Shown here: one piece after another, positions 27,640 to 36,364 of the stretch
How the letters are laid out: each line of letters opens with the position of its first letter
Numbering within the stretch: position 1 is the stretch's first letter
Source of the DNA: Candidatus Magasanikbacteria bacterium RIFCSPLOWO2_12_FULL_43_12
Lineage (GTDB): Bacteria > Patescibacteriota > Patescibacteriia > Magasanikbacterales > UBA922
DNA: 64,000 nt
Direction: 5' to 3'
Assembly (NCBI GenBank): GCA_001783065.1
Contig: MFQN01000019.1
Coordinates: 309 to 64,308 of the forward strand
Made by a program: the position numbers and the translations under genes
Notes under the pieces: model-generated
Told to the model about the DNA's origin: nothing
What the model saw: only the letters and a program-made list of their open reading frames with translations
The model's database searches: none

Positions 27640-29310
27640 ATGAAATTAAGCGATTACGTGTTTCAATTTATCAAAAAAGAAGTGGCAGATTCAGTTTTTT
27701 TGGTTTCCGGCGGAGGAATTATGCATTTAGTTGATTCATTGGGCAAATCAGAACTCAAATCATATTGTTGCCATCATGAACAGGCGGCGGCAATCGCGGC
27801 CGAAGGTTATGGGCGAGTGAAAAATTCGCCGGGAGTTGTCATGGTTACAACCGGTCCGGGCGGCACGAACGCGATTACCGGAATTGCCGGAGCGTGGTTG
27901 GATAGCATCCCGATGCTTGTCATAGCCGGACAGGTCAAGCGCGCAAGCATTACTCCGTGTCAAAACGGAGTACCAGTTGTCAGAGCGATTGGTTTTCAGG
28001 AATTAAATGTGATTGATTTGGTTAAGCCGATTACAAAATACGCTGTTACGGTTGAAGATGAAAAAGAAATACGTTACCATTTAGAAAAAGCCGTCTATTT
28101 ATCAAGACACGGCAGACCGGGTCCGGTTTTTGTTGAAATTCCCCTGGATGTTCAAGCAACAGAGATAGAACCGGAGAGTTTAAAATCTTTTGACCCATCA
28201 GAGGTTGAAGAAAAAATAAATTTGGATTCAGCGGCAATAAGTAAGGTCGCGGAGCTTCTTAAAAATGCAAAGAGGCCTTTGTTAATGGCAGGAAACGGGG
28301 TAAGATTGGCAGGGGGCGAAGAAATTTTATGGAAAGTTTTAAATAAATTAAAAATTAATACGATTACTCCGATTTTTACCGCCGATGATCTGGTCACTTA
28401 CGATTATCCGAAATACTTGGGACGGCAGGGGATGTGGGGGAACAAATCGGCTAATTACGCGATAGATAATTGCGATGTTTTATTAATCATAGGGGAGCGC
28501 ATGCAGCTCACGCAAGTTTCTTGGGATTACGCAAAGTTCGCGACTCAAGCGACAAAAATCATGGTGGATATTGATAAGAATGAAATGGCAAAATTTACTC
28601 TTAAAGCGGATTTTCCGATTCATTGCGACGCCAAATTATTTTTAGAAGAACTTTATAAGCAAGATATCACATTAAACGAATGGGAAGTAAAAATCGAACC
28701 GATTGACGCGGAAAAATATCCTTGTGAAAATAAATATCTGAATGTTTTTAAATTTTTTAATGAGTTAAATAATTGGCCGGTAAAAATGGCTGTTACCACT
28801 GCCAATGGCATGGCTAGCCTTGCCTCACACCAAGCGTTAAAATTACCGCGCGGAAAAAGATTCCTCACCAATGCGGGATTGGGACATATGGGCTCCGGTC
28901 TTCCAATGGCAATCGGCGCCAGCATAGCTGGCGGCAAGGCTGTGATTATGTGCATGGAAGGGGACGGCTCGCTGATGATGAATTTTCAAGAGCTACAGAC
29001 CGTTGTCCATCATCAATTGCCGATAAAAATCTTTATTTTTAATAATAACGGGTATTTTTCAATTAGAAACACCCACCTTAATTTTTTCAAGAAAATTTTT
29101 GCCGCTGATCCAACGTCCGGCGTCAGTTTGCCGGATTACCAAAAACTTATTCCGGCTTGGGGGTTGGAATTTGAACGGATTAATGATGATAGCGAATTAG
29201 ATAAATTAAAAAAAGTGATGGATTATGATGGGCCGATTGTCTGCGAACTGATGCTGGATCCATATCAGCCGCTATTGGAAAAATGGACCGCCGGGATGTT
29301 TAAAGAATAA
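27640..29310 (+). CDS. Thiamine-diphosphate-dependent enzyme (acetolactate-synthase-like; YerE-type sugar C-C ligase candidate)
   Basis: HHEQAAAIAA, TTGPGGTNAITG, GQVK, FQE and GDGSLMMNFQEL...NNNGY ThDP motifs; located in a CDP-sugar cluster. Confidence 0.85.
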   Translation: MKLSDYVFQFIKKEVADSVFLVSGGGIMHLVDSLGKSELKSYCCHHEQAAAIAAEGYGRVKNSPGVVMVTTGPGGTNAITGIAGAWLDSIPMLVIAGQVKRASITPCQNGVPVVRAIGFQELNVIDLVKPITKYAVTVEDEKEIRYHLEKAVYLSRHGRPGPVFVEIPLDVQATEIEPESLKSFDPSEVEEKINLDSAAISKVAELLKNAKRPLLMAGNGVRLAGGEEILWKVLNKLKINTITPIFTADDLVTYDYPKYLGRQGMWGNKSANYAIDNCDVLLIIGERMQLTQVSWDYAKFATQATKIMVDIDKNEMAKFTLKADFPIHCDAKLFLEELYKQDITLNEWEVKIEPIDAEKYPCENKYLNVFKFFNELNNWPVKMAVTTANGMASLASHQALKLPRGKRFLTNAGLGHMGSGLPMAIGASIAGGKAVIMCMEGDGSLMMNFQELQTVVHHQLPIKIFIFNNNGYFSIRNTHLNFFKKIFAADPTSGVSLPDYQKLIPAWGLEFERINDDSELDKLKKVMDYDGPIVCELMLDPYQPLLEKWTAGMFKE

Positions 29311-29320
29311 ATTTTTCGTT

Positions 29321-29791
29321 ATGTTAACCGCCATGGAACTAAAACAATTAGTGTCTTTACTGAAAAAGATAGATAACCCTCACGAGGGCATGCCCCAGCC
29401 AATTTTTGACGCTTTGTGCGGCGTGGTCGCGTTTGTCGCGTGTGAATTGGTGGTTGTGGATAAAAAGAGGGGTATCTTGCTAACCTGGCGCAATGACAGG
29501 TGGTGGCGCGGGTGGCACTTTCCTGGCGGGCTCCTACGCTATCGTGAAAGTTTTGATGAACGGATACAGGCAGTCGCGTGGAAAGAACTTGGTGTTAATG
29601 TAGAAGATTATAAACTTCTATTTACCAAAGATTGCAGCCAAGGCGCGCGCGGCCATGTTGTTTCTTTAGTTTTTCGCTGTGAAACGGCGATGAAGCCAAA
29701 ACACGGCAAATTTTTTAAAAAAATGCCGAAAAATATCATAGACGCGCACAAAGAATTTTGGATTAAATTTGAAAAATTATTGAATAATTAA
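29321..29791 (+). CDS. Nudix-family hydrolase (GDP-mannose mannosyl hydrolase-like degenerate box)
   Basis: LL..R....GWHFPGGLLRYRESFDERIQAVAWKELG modified Nudix box. Confidence 0.75.
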   Translation: MLTAMELKQLVSLLKKIDNPHEGMPQPIFDALCGVVAFVACELVVVDKKRGILLTWRNDRWWRGWHFPGGLLRYRESFDERIQAVAWKELGVNVEDYKLLFTKDCSQGARGHVVSLVFRCETAMKPKHGKFFKKMPKNIIDAHKEFWIKFEKLLNN

Positions 29792-29795
29792 AAAT

Positions 29796-30737
29796 ATGCC
29801 GGAAAGAAAAAAAATAAGCGTTGTTACCGCTTGTTTCAACGAGGAAGAAAATGTTGATGCCGTCTATCGACAGGTTCAAGCTGTTTTCGCCGAGTTGCCA
29901 CAATATGACTACGAGCATTTATTTATTGATAACTGCTCCACAGACAAAACAGTCAGTATTCTAAAAAATATCGCCCAAGATGATAGGCGCGTAAAGATTA
30001 TAGTTAACGCCAGAAATTTTGGCCAAGTTAGAACTGGTTGTCATGCTATTGCGCAAGCACAAGGCGATGCAGTGGTAAATTTAGTCTGTGATTTGCAGGA
30101 CCCGCCGGTTTTAATCAAAGATTTCATAAAAAAATGGGAAGAAGGTTATAAGGTAGTCATCGGAATCAAAAATAAGAGCGCCGAAAATTCGGTAATGTTC
30201 ATGATAAGAAGGGTGTATTATAATCTTATTAAAAAAATTGCTGAAATAGAACAAATTAAAAATTTTACCGGCTTTGGCCTATATGATCGGATTATTATCA
30301 ATGCCTTAAAAAAATTTGATGATCCATACCCCTATCTTCGCGGTATGATTGCGGAAGTTGGATTTGAGCGAGCTGAAATCGAATATATTCAACCTGAAAG
30401 AGAAAAAGGAAGATCCAAAAATAATTTCTATTCCCTGTATGACATGGCGATGCTTGGTTTTGTGAATCACTCCAAGATCCCGTTGCGTCTGGCCAGCTTT
30501 ATCGGGTTTGGGATGTCAATTTTAAGTTTTATAGTTGCCATGATTTATTTAGTTTATAAGTTATTATATTGGCAGGAATTTGAACTCGGTTTGGCGCCTT
30601 TGATTATTGGAATATTTTTATTCGCTTCGGTGCAATTATTTTTTATCGGAATTTTAGGAGAATATATCGGGGCGATTTATACTCAAGTGAAACACCGTCC
30701 GCTTGTCATTGAAAAGGAGAGGATTAATTTTGATTGA
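29796..30737 (+). CDS. GtrB-like bactoprenol glycosyltransferase (GT2 with two C-terminal TM helices)
   Basis: FNEEEN, IDNCSTD, ARNFG, CDLQDPP and IGILGEYIG.IY..VK.RP motifs. Confidence 0.9.
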   Translation: MPERKKISVVTACFNEEENVDAVYRQVQAVFAELPQYDYEHLFIDNCSTDKTVSILKNIAQDDRRVKIIVNARNFGQVRTGCHAIAQAQGDAVVNLVCDLQDPPVLIKDFIKKWEEGYKVVIGIKNKSAENSVMFMIRRVYYNLIKKIAEIEQIKNFTGFGLYDRIIINALKKFDDPYPYLRGMIAEVGFERAEIEYIQPEREKGRSKNNFYSLYDMAMLGFVNHSKIPLRLASFIGFGMSILSFIVAMIYLVYKLLYWQEFELGLAPLIIGIFLFASVQLFFIGILGEYIGAIYTQVKHRPLVIEKERINFD

Positions 30738-31120
30738 TTTCCGCCATGTTGGAAAAGTTGATAAAAAATCAATTTATCAGGTTTTTATTTGCCGGCGGGC
30801 TGAATACCGTATTTGGTTATGGTATTTTTTCTTTTTTTCTTTGGCTCGGCCTGCATTATTCTTTGGCGTCGTTGTTGAGCACTTTTTTTGGCATTTTATT
30901 TAATTTTAAAACTACCGGTATTATTGTGTTTAATTCCCGCAATAATTTGTTGATTTTAAAATTTTTTGGTGTTTATGGGGTGACGTATGTTTTGGGTGTG
31001 TTTATCATGTATCTGTTCAGTCTTTTGCATATCAGCGCCTATATTTCCGGAGCGATATTGATTTTACCGATGGCATGCGTGGCTTTTCTTCTAAATAAGC
31101 GTTTTGTCTTCAGGTCTTGA
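30734..31120 (+). CDS. GtrA-family 4-TM lipid-linked sugar flippase
   Basis: QFIRFLFAGGLNT, four hydrophobic segments and a FLLNKRFVF end; follows the GtrB-like gene. Alternative ATG at 30746. Confidence 0.88.
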   Translation: MISAMLEKLIKNQFIRFLFAGGLNTVFGYGIFSFFLWLGLHYSLASLLSTFFGILFNFKTTGIIVFNSRNNLLILKFFGVYGVTYVLGVFIMYLFSLLHISAYISGAILILPMACVAFLLNKRFVFRS

Positions 31121-31146
31121 CATTCGTCTCATTAATGTGATATAAA
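31117..31146 (+). promoter_or_regulatory. sigma70 promoter of the stand-alone Nudix gene
   Basis: TTGACA-N18-TATAAA with an extended TG, followed by an AAGGAGG Shine-Dalgarno just upstream of ATG 31197. Confidence 0.6.
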
Positions 31147-31196
31147 AGAGTGTCTTTTGGCTATGGTGGCCAAGAGCGAACAAAAGGAGGAAATAG

Positions 31197-31742
31197 ATGA
31201 CTACGGACGAAGCCGTTGCCGTTCTGTCGGGGCTGGACCCGCAGAGCGACGAGTTCAGGGGGGTTCTATCGCGCCTTTTGGGGCGCGTCGACCCCAAGAA
31301 GCCGTACGGCGCGACGTTGTTCGACGCCTTGGCGCGGCTCACGACGAGCGAGGCAGTGGAGGCGGTGCTTGTGCGCTGGGGTGCGGATAATCAACTGGAA
31401 GTCTACATGACCCAGCGCGGATCAGACGAGGCCTACCCAAATGAGTGGCACTTGCCAGGATCCATCTACCGTCCGGGCGAGGATACGGCGGATGTCATGG
31501 CGCGGCTGTCTCAGCGAGAATTTGGATGCAAGATCACCGGCTGGAGGCAGGTAGACCACTTTCGCCATGCGGAAGCTCGCGGCTGGTTCAGCGCTTTTGT
31601 CTTCATGCTGGAGGTGGAAGGCGAGCCGCGGAACGCACGCGGCGCATGGTACCTCGTTGACAACCTTCCGCCGAACACGGTCCGCCATCATGTGGAGCGT
31701 ATCATCCCAGCGGCCACTGCGGCCTTCTCCGGCCAGTCCTAG
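31197..31742 (+). CDS. GC-rich Nudix-family hydrolase
   Basis: YMTQR......PNEWHLPGSIYRPGEDTADVMARLSQREFG degenerate Nudix box; strong SD; 39/60 GC in line 31261-31320. Confidence 0.75.
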   Translation: MTTDEAVAVLSGLDPQSDEFRGVLSRLLGRVDPKKPYGATLFDALARLTTSEAVEAVLVRWGADNQLEVYMTQRGSDEAYPNEWHLPGSIYRPGEDTADVMARLSQREFGCKITGWRQVDHFRHAEARGWFSAFVFMLEVEGEPRNARGAWYLVDNLPPNTVRHHVERIIPAATAAFSGQS

Positions 31743-31767
31743 GCCATCCACAATTTCCTACCAATCA

Positions 31768-31791
31768 GGGAGCGCGTCCAGCCGCGCTCCC
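31768..31791 (+). terminator. Perfect 9-bp GC-rich hairpin downstream of the Nudix gene
   Basis: GGGAGCGCG-tccagc-CGCGCTCCC, with no strong U-tract. Confidence 0.55.
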
Positions 31792-31812
31792 AATCCCTTC
31801 ATAATTTTGATT

Positions 31813-31833
31813 CCGCTTTTGGCGGTTTTTTTT
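31813..31833 (+). terminator. Short intrinsic terminator
   Basis: CCGC-ttttg-GCGG followed by T8. Confidence 0.45.
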
Positions 31834-31859
31834 GACTTTTTTTGAAAAGATGCTAAACT
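31832..31859 (+). promoter_or_regulatory. Probable sigma70 promoter for rfbH
   Basis: TTGACT-N16-TAAACT with an extended TG. Confidence 0.45.
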
Positions 31860-31928
31860 GTGAACATGGCGGGTTTTAGCGTCAGGCGGAAAATATGATT
31901 ATTTTTTGCTTCAATAACAATTTATTCT

Positions 31929-33233
31929 ATGGACAAAAATTTACAAGAGGCATTAGTGAATGAATATCGGAAAAGATTTCCACCCAAAGAATTTGTTCCC
32001 GGAGAATCACCGGTGCGGATATCCGGCACAGTTTCTGATGAGCAAGAAGTGCTGTTCGGAGTTGAGGCTGTGCTTGACAGCTGGTGGACAGAAGGAAGAT
32101 TTAGCGACGAGTTTGAAGAAAAGATGAATCATCTGCTGGGAGTAAAATACACCTCGTTGGTTAATTCCGGTTCTTCGGCTAATCTGGTGGCTTTGACTGC
32201 TTTGACATCTCCTAAACTTGGGGATAAAAGATTAAAAGAGGGCGATGAAGTGATAACCGTTGCCGCCGGCTTTCCAAGCACGGTTAATCCGATTATTCAA
32301 AACGGATTAGTGCCGGTTTTTGTTGATGTGGATTTGGGAACTTATAACATCAATATTGATGGATTAAAAAACGCCATCGGACCAAAAACTCGAGCGATAA
32401 TGATCGCGCATACTCTAGGCAATCCTTTCGCGCTTGATGTTATTATTGATATTTGCAAAAAAAATAATTTGTGGTTGGTAGAAGATAATTGCGACGCGCT
32501 TGGTTCAAAATATAATGGAAAATACACCGGCACCTTCGGCCATGTTTCCACCTGCAGTTTCTATCCGGCGCATCATATTACCATGGGCGAGGGCGGGGCG
32601 GTGTTTACGAGCGATAATTTGTTGAATGGAATAATCCGGTCGGTCCGCGATTGGGGCCGGGATTGCTATTGCAAAACCGGACATGATAATACTTGCGGAA
32701 TGAGATTTGGCTGGCAATTGGGGGATTTGCCGTTTGGTTATGACCACAAGTATATCTATTCTGAAATCGGGTATAATCTAAAGCTGACGGATATCCAGGC
32801 TGCTATCGGCGTGGCGCAGTTGGGCAAACTTGAAGGATTCATTAAAAAGAGAAAAGATAATTTCAAGTTTTTGTATGATTCTTTGAAAAAATACGAAGAA
32901 TATTTTATTTTGCCGAAATGGGAGGAAAAAGCCGAGCCAAGTTGGTTTGGATTTTTATTGACGGTGAGAGAGGAAGCGCCGTTTGGCCGCAATCAGATTG
33001 TCCAACACTTGCAAGAGAGTAATATCGCTACCAGATATTTATTTGCCGGCAATCTCGTTAAACAGCCGTATTTTATTGATAATCAAGTTAAGTATCGGGT
33101 AGTGGGAGATTTGGACAATACCGATAAAGTGATGAAAAATACTTTTTGGATTGGGTGCTACCCGGGTTTGACGGAAGAGATGTTGAGTTATGTAATTGAA
33201 AATTTTAATGATTTTTGTAAAAATTTTAAATAA
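31929..33233 (+). CDS. rfbH: CDP-4-keto-6-deoxy-D-glucose 3-dehydrase (E1, DdhC)
   Basis: VNSGSSANL, EDNCDALG, SFYPAHHITMGEGG (His in place of the PLP Lys), RDWGRDCYC.....NTCG [2Fe-2S] motif and GYDHKY. Confidence 0.93.
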   Translation: MDKNLQEALVNEYRKRFPPKEFVPGESPVRISGTVSDEQEVLFGVEAVLDSWWTEGRFSDEFEEKMNHLLGVKYTSLVNSGSSANLVALTALTSPKLGDKRLKEGDEVITVAAGFPSTVNPIIQNGLVPVFVDVDLGTYNINIDGLKNAIGPKTRAIMIAHTLGNPFALDVIIDICKKNNLWLVEDNCDALGSKYNGKYTGTFGHVSTCSFYPAHHITMGEGGAVFTSDNLLNGIIRSVRDWGRDCYCKTGHDNTCGMRFGWQLGDLPFGYDHKYIYSEIGYNLKLTDIQAAIGVAQLGKLEGFIKKRKDNFKFLYDSLKKYEEYFILPKWEEKAEPSWFGFLLTVREEAPFGRNQIVQHLQESNIATRYLFAGNLVKQPYFIDNQVKYRVVGDLDNTDKVMKNTFWIGCYPGLTEEMLSYVIENFNDFCKNFK

Positions 33234-33235
33234 GC

Positions 33236-35002
33236 ATGTTGACTAAAGAGAAATTAATATCCGCCGTAAAAAATTATTATTTAGTTATCATATTTTCCAT
33301 TATTGTTGGCTTGCTTTCGTTATCCCAACAGTTTCTAGCCATTAGCGCTCTTGGAAAATCCTACAACGGAGTTCCGATGTTTAATGCTGCTAATATGGAT
33401 TTTTATTTAACCAGAGTGAGGGATCTGATGGATGGCCACGGTTTGGTTAGTTCCGCCTTTTATTTTGAATATAAGAATAATTTTCCGGTAATATTTCCAA
33501 CCAATGAACATTTATATGCCTTAATCGGCCGCATCATTGGCTTATCCACCACAGAAATAATACTCTTGAATCAATTTTTATTTCCCGCTTTTTTATTTTT
33601 ACTGATTTATTTTTTGGTCATCAAATTAACTGATGGCCATACTACTGCGGGCCGTCTCAATGCGGTGGGAACAGGTTTGTTGGTCATATTTGGTTATGAA
33701 TTTACGGATATAAAATTTTCTTGGCTTGTGTTAAGCGGCCAACTGCCTTATTTACATGGCCTATTATGGAATAGGCCCGTTAATCCAATTATTGGAGTGA
33801 TGCTATTATTTCTATTGTTGTTAATTTTATGGCAAATAGTTAATAAAAAAGGCCGTTATTGGTCTTTGTTCGCAGGAGTTATTATCGCGCTGGGAGTGGG
33901 ATATTATTTCACATTGATCATGTCACTTTCTATTGCTGGTGTTCTGGCGTTAATTTATTTTTTAAAAAAGGAATACTCTATCTCATTCAATTTATTTCTT
34001 GCCATCATCTTTAGTTTCTTTTTTTCTTCGCCGTATTGGTATATGGTGATAAGAGCGTTGGTTGAGAGTAAGGGAGGAGTAGTTGGTATATTCGGCGGGG
34101 TTTTTACCCGTCAGTTGGTTTTTAATAAAGTGTTATTAGCCGGTAGCGCCATATTTTTTTTCTGTTTTATAAAAGAATATTTACAACAAAAAAAAATTGC
34201 TGGGAAAATTGATTCGTGGTGGTTTTTTTGTCTAGCTTTTTTTATCGGAGGTCTGGCAGCGTTTAATATTCAGGTTATTACCGGTATCAACATCTCGCAT
34301 CCTCACTTTGTGCAATTTACGATTCCTTTAACCCTCGTTGCGTTAATGGTGCTTAGCTTTAATTTTTTGCGTCCGCGTTTTTCCAAAATTTGGTATGTTG
34401 TGTTAATAGCGGTTTTTGCATCCACTCTGTTTTTTGGTGTTCAAACCGCGCGTTCCTATGTGTTGGGACTAAGCTATTTTTCAGAAACTCAAAAATTTAA
34501 CGAGATGTTTAAGTGGATTGACATTAATACGCCAAAAGATTGCGTTATTTTTGTGGCCGAAAGAGAAGACGATACGATTTCTAGGCTACTTACTGGGTTA
34601 ACTCACTGTAATATTTATTACATATCAAGGGGGGCCAGCGCGGAAGCCACGGCGGAGAGAAATTACCACAATTTTTTATCGTTTTTGAGGATGAATGAAG
34701 TGCAACCAGCGGAAGTTGAGAATTATCTTAAGAATCATTTTTTGCTGGTAAGTCTTAATTTCTTTAAAAACTGGGATCAATTATTTAGTCCAGGATACCA
34801 GCAATGGATGGCTGAGCCGGTCAGACGGGTAGCGGAAGATTATCCCGTATTTTTTAAAAAAGATTTCTCCACTGAGTTAAGGCGGTACAAAATTGATTAT
34901 CTTTTGTCGCCTAAGGAATTGTCAGAGTCGCTTCTAAAAACACTGCCTTCAATAAAACTACTTCATCAGGCCGGGGGACTCCACCTTTATCGGTTTGAGT
35001 GA
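33236..35002 (+). CDS. Multi-TM membrane protein, GT-C-like architecture
   Basis: N-terminal TM plus a Y..RVRD..DGH loop, about 12 hydrophobic segments and a soluble C-terminal domain (WIDINTPKDCVIF...YKIDYLL). Confidence 0.55.
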   Translation: MLTKEKLISAVKNYYLVIIFSIIVGLLSLSQQFLAISALGKSYNGVPMFNAANMDFYLTRVRDLMDGHGLVSSAFYFEYKNNFPVIFPTNEHLYALIGRIIGLSTTEIILLNQFLFPAFLFLLIYFLVIKLTDGHTTAGRLNAVGTGLLVIFGYEFTDIKFSWLVLSGQLPYLHGLLWNRPVNPIIGVMLLFLLLLILWQIVNKKGRYWSLFAGVIIALGVGYYFTLIMSLSIAGVLALIYFLKKEYSISFNLFLAIIFSFFFSSPYWYMVIRALVESKGGVVGIFGGVFTRQLVFNKVLLAGSAIFFFCFIKEYLQQKKIAGKIDSWWFFCLAFFIGGLAAFNIQVITGINISHPHFVQFTIPLTLVALMVLSFNFLRPRFSKIWYVVLIAVFASTLFFGVQTARSYVLGLSYFSETQKFNEMFKWIDINTPKDCVIFVAEREDDTISRLLTGLTHCNIYYISRGASAEATAERNYHNFLSFLRMNEVQPAEVENYLKNHFLLVSLNFFKNWDQLFSPGYQQWMAEPVRRVAEDYPVFFKKDFSTELRRYKIDYLLSPKELSESLLKTLPSIKLLHQAGGLHLYRFE

Positions 35003-36364
35003 TGATAGTTTTGTATTTTCTTGTCGGCCAATCGCATAGAAAGCAAATGTCGCGATAAAAATATTTATCGGCGCGCGGTAGCGCGCTGTTACTCCCAAAC
35101 CGACAACGGCGGAAGTTATGGTGAAATAAAAAATTATGAGAAAAGTGAACGATATTTTGTTTTGCAATCTTTCGCGTTTAAGGTATTTTATGATACCAAG
35201 CGCGGCGAAAAGCGTCATTAGAATCCAAAATATGCGCCCGGCTATAACAATAATTGCCGGGCCTCTTATTAGTCCGCCAATTATACTTAGGGCAATTCTT
35301 GGTGATTGAATTATTTTAAAAACAGGAATGGCCGGCAGGTTGGCGTCTAATCCTAAATCCCCAAGAATATCACGATACCCATCCTGGGTAAATAACGAAA
35401 CGACAGTTAAGACGATAACTTTGGTCGTGTCATATGGAGGCATTTTTTTAAGAATCTCTATTGATCGTTGTGTAAAATGATTGGCGGTCTTTAGGTCAAT
35501 TATCGTCAGGTCAGATATTTTTTCTTCAGCAAAGAATTTATTTTTTGCTTCATTGTAACTAATATTATTTTTAAGCGCCAGTATTGATGGTATGAAATAG
35601 CCATATAGATTATTGGCTGAAGTAGCCGCGAGAGCGGGACTTCCGAATAAACGGGAATTTCGGTAAAGCCACGGAGAAAGCATCATAACAAAAATCACCA
35701 AGAATCCAAGCATACGCCAAAAGACGCGAATGGTAATTTTTTTTCTAAAAATCCAGATAATTAAGGCAACAATAATTACCGGTAGATATTGCGTTATCGG
35801 CCGAGTCAGAGTCGTGAGTCCTAAAAGGACAGCACTCACAGCAAGATAAGAAAATTTTTCATTTTTTAAATAATTATAGAAAGCTAAAAGAAAACCGAAG
35901 AAAAGCGTTAAAAATAATGTTTCTGTTAAGAGCACGCTGGTGAGCCTGATCAACAGTGGTTCAATCGCAAAAAAAATACCGACGCCGATAGCTATTTTTT
36001 CATTGTTCATTATGTGGTAGCTTATTCTCTTAGCCAGCAACGCCAAAATACTCCCCATGATAATTTGGGAGATGATGACCGCCAAATCTGACCCGAATAG
36101 CTTGAAATTGGCGGCTATAAATAGGGGATAAAGCGGCGTGCGCCACGAATCCGGCGTGTATGGCTCTGTAGTCGCTCCAGAAAACCCGTGGCCGGAAAGG
36201 ATATTGTGGGCTATTTCGTAATAACTTTCTGATTTCCAAATGGTGCCAAGGAGACTGTTGTCGTGCGTCGCCATGTTAATCCAAAAATAACCAACCCGCA
36301 GTATAATCGCCAGCGCGACAATCGCTATTTCGATTTTTTGATTTCTTGAAAATTTAATGCCCAT
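34958..36364 (-). CDS. ArnT/PMT-like GT-C membrane glycosyltransferase
   Basis: YYEIAHNI..G.GFS, RTPLYPLF, LLTETLF, LTRP, PWLYRN and ARYRAP motifs; paralogue of 11608-13005. Confidence 0.82.
   Translation of the reverse strand: MGIKFSRNQKIEIAIVALAIILRVGYFWINMATHDNSLLGTIWKSESYYEIAHNILSGHGFSGATTEPYTPDSWRTPLYPLFIAANFKLFGSDLAVIISQIIMGSILALLAKRISYHIMNNEKIAIGVGIFFAIEPLLIRLTSVLLTETLFLTLFFGFLLAFYNYLKNEKFSYLAVSAVLLGLTTLTRPITQYLPVIIVALIIWIFRKKITIRVFWRMLGFLVIFVMMLSPWLYRNSRLFGSPALAATSANNLYGYFIPSILALKNNISYNEAKNKFFAEEKISDLTIIDLKTANHFTQRSIEILKKMPPYDTTKVIVLTVVSLFTQDGYRDILGDLGLDANLPAIPVFKIIQSPRIALSIIGGLIRGPAIIVIAGRIFWILMTLFAALGIIKYLKRERLQNKISFTFLIIFYFTITSAVVGLGVTARYRAPINIFIATFAFYAIGRQENTKLSSLKPIKVESPGLMK

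Noticed and set aside
27640-29310. Acetolactate synthase for branched-chain amino acid synthesis
   Set aside because: No small subunit or other ilv/leu genes; the CDP-sugar context fits a YerE-type role better.
31091-31845. Six overlapping alternative ORFs around the Nudix gene
   Set aside because: Expected by-product of locally high GC (few stop codons); only 31197-31742 has an SD and a recognisable motif.
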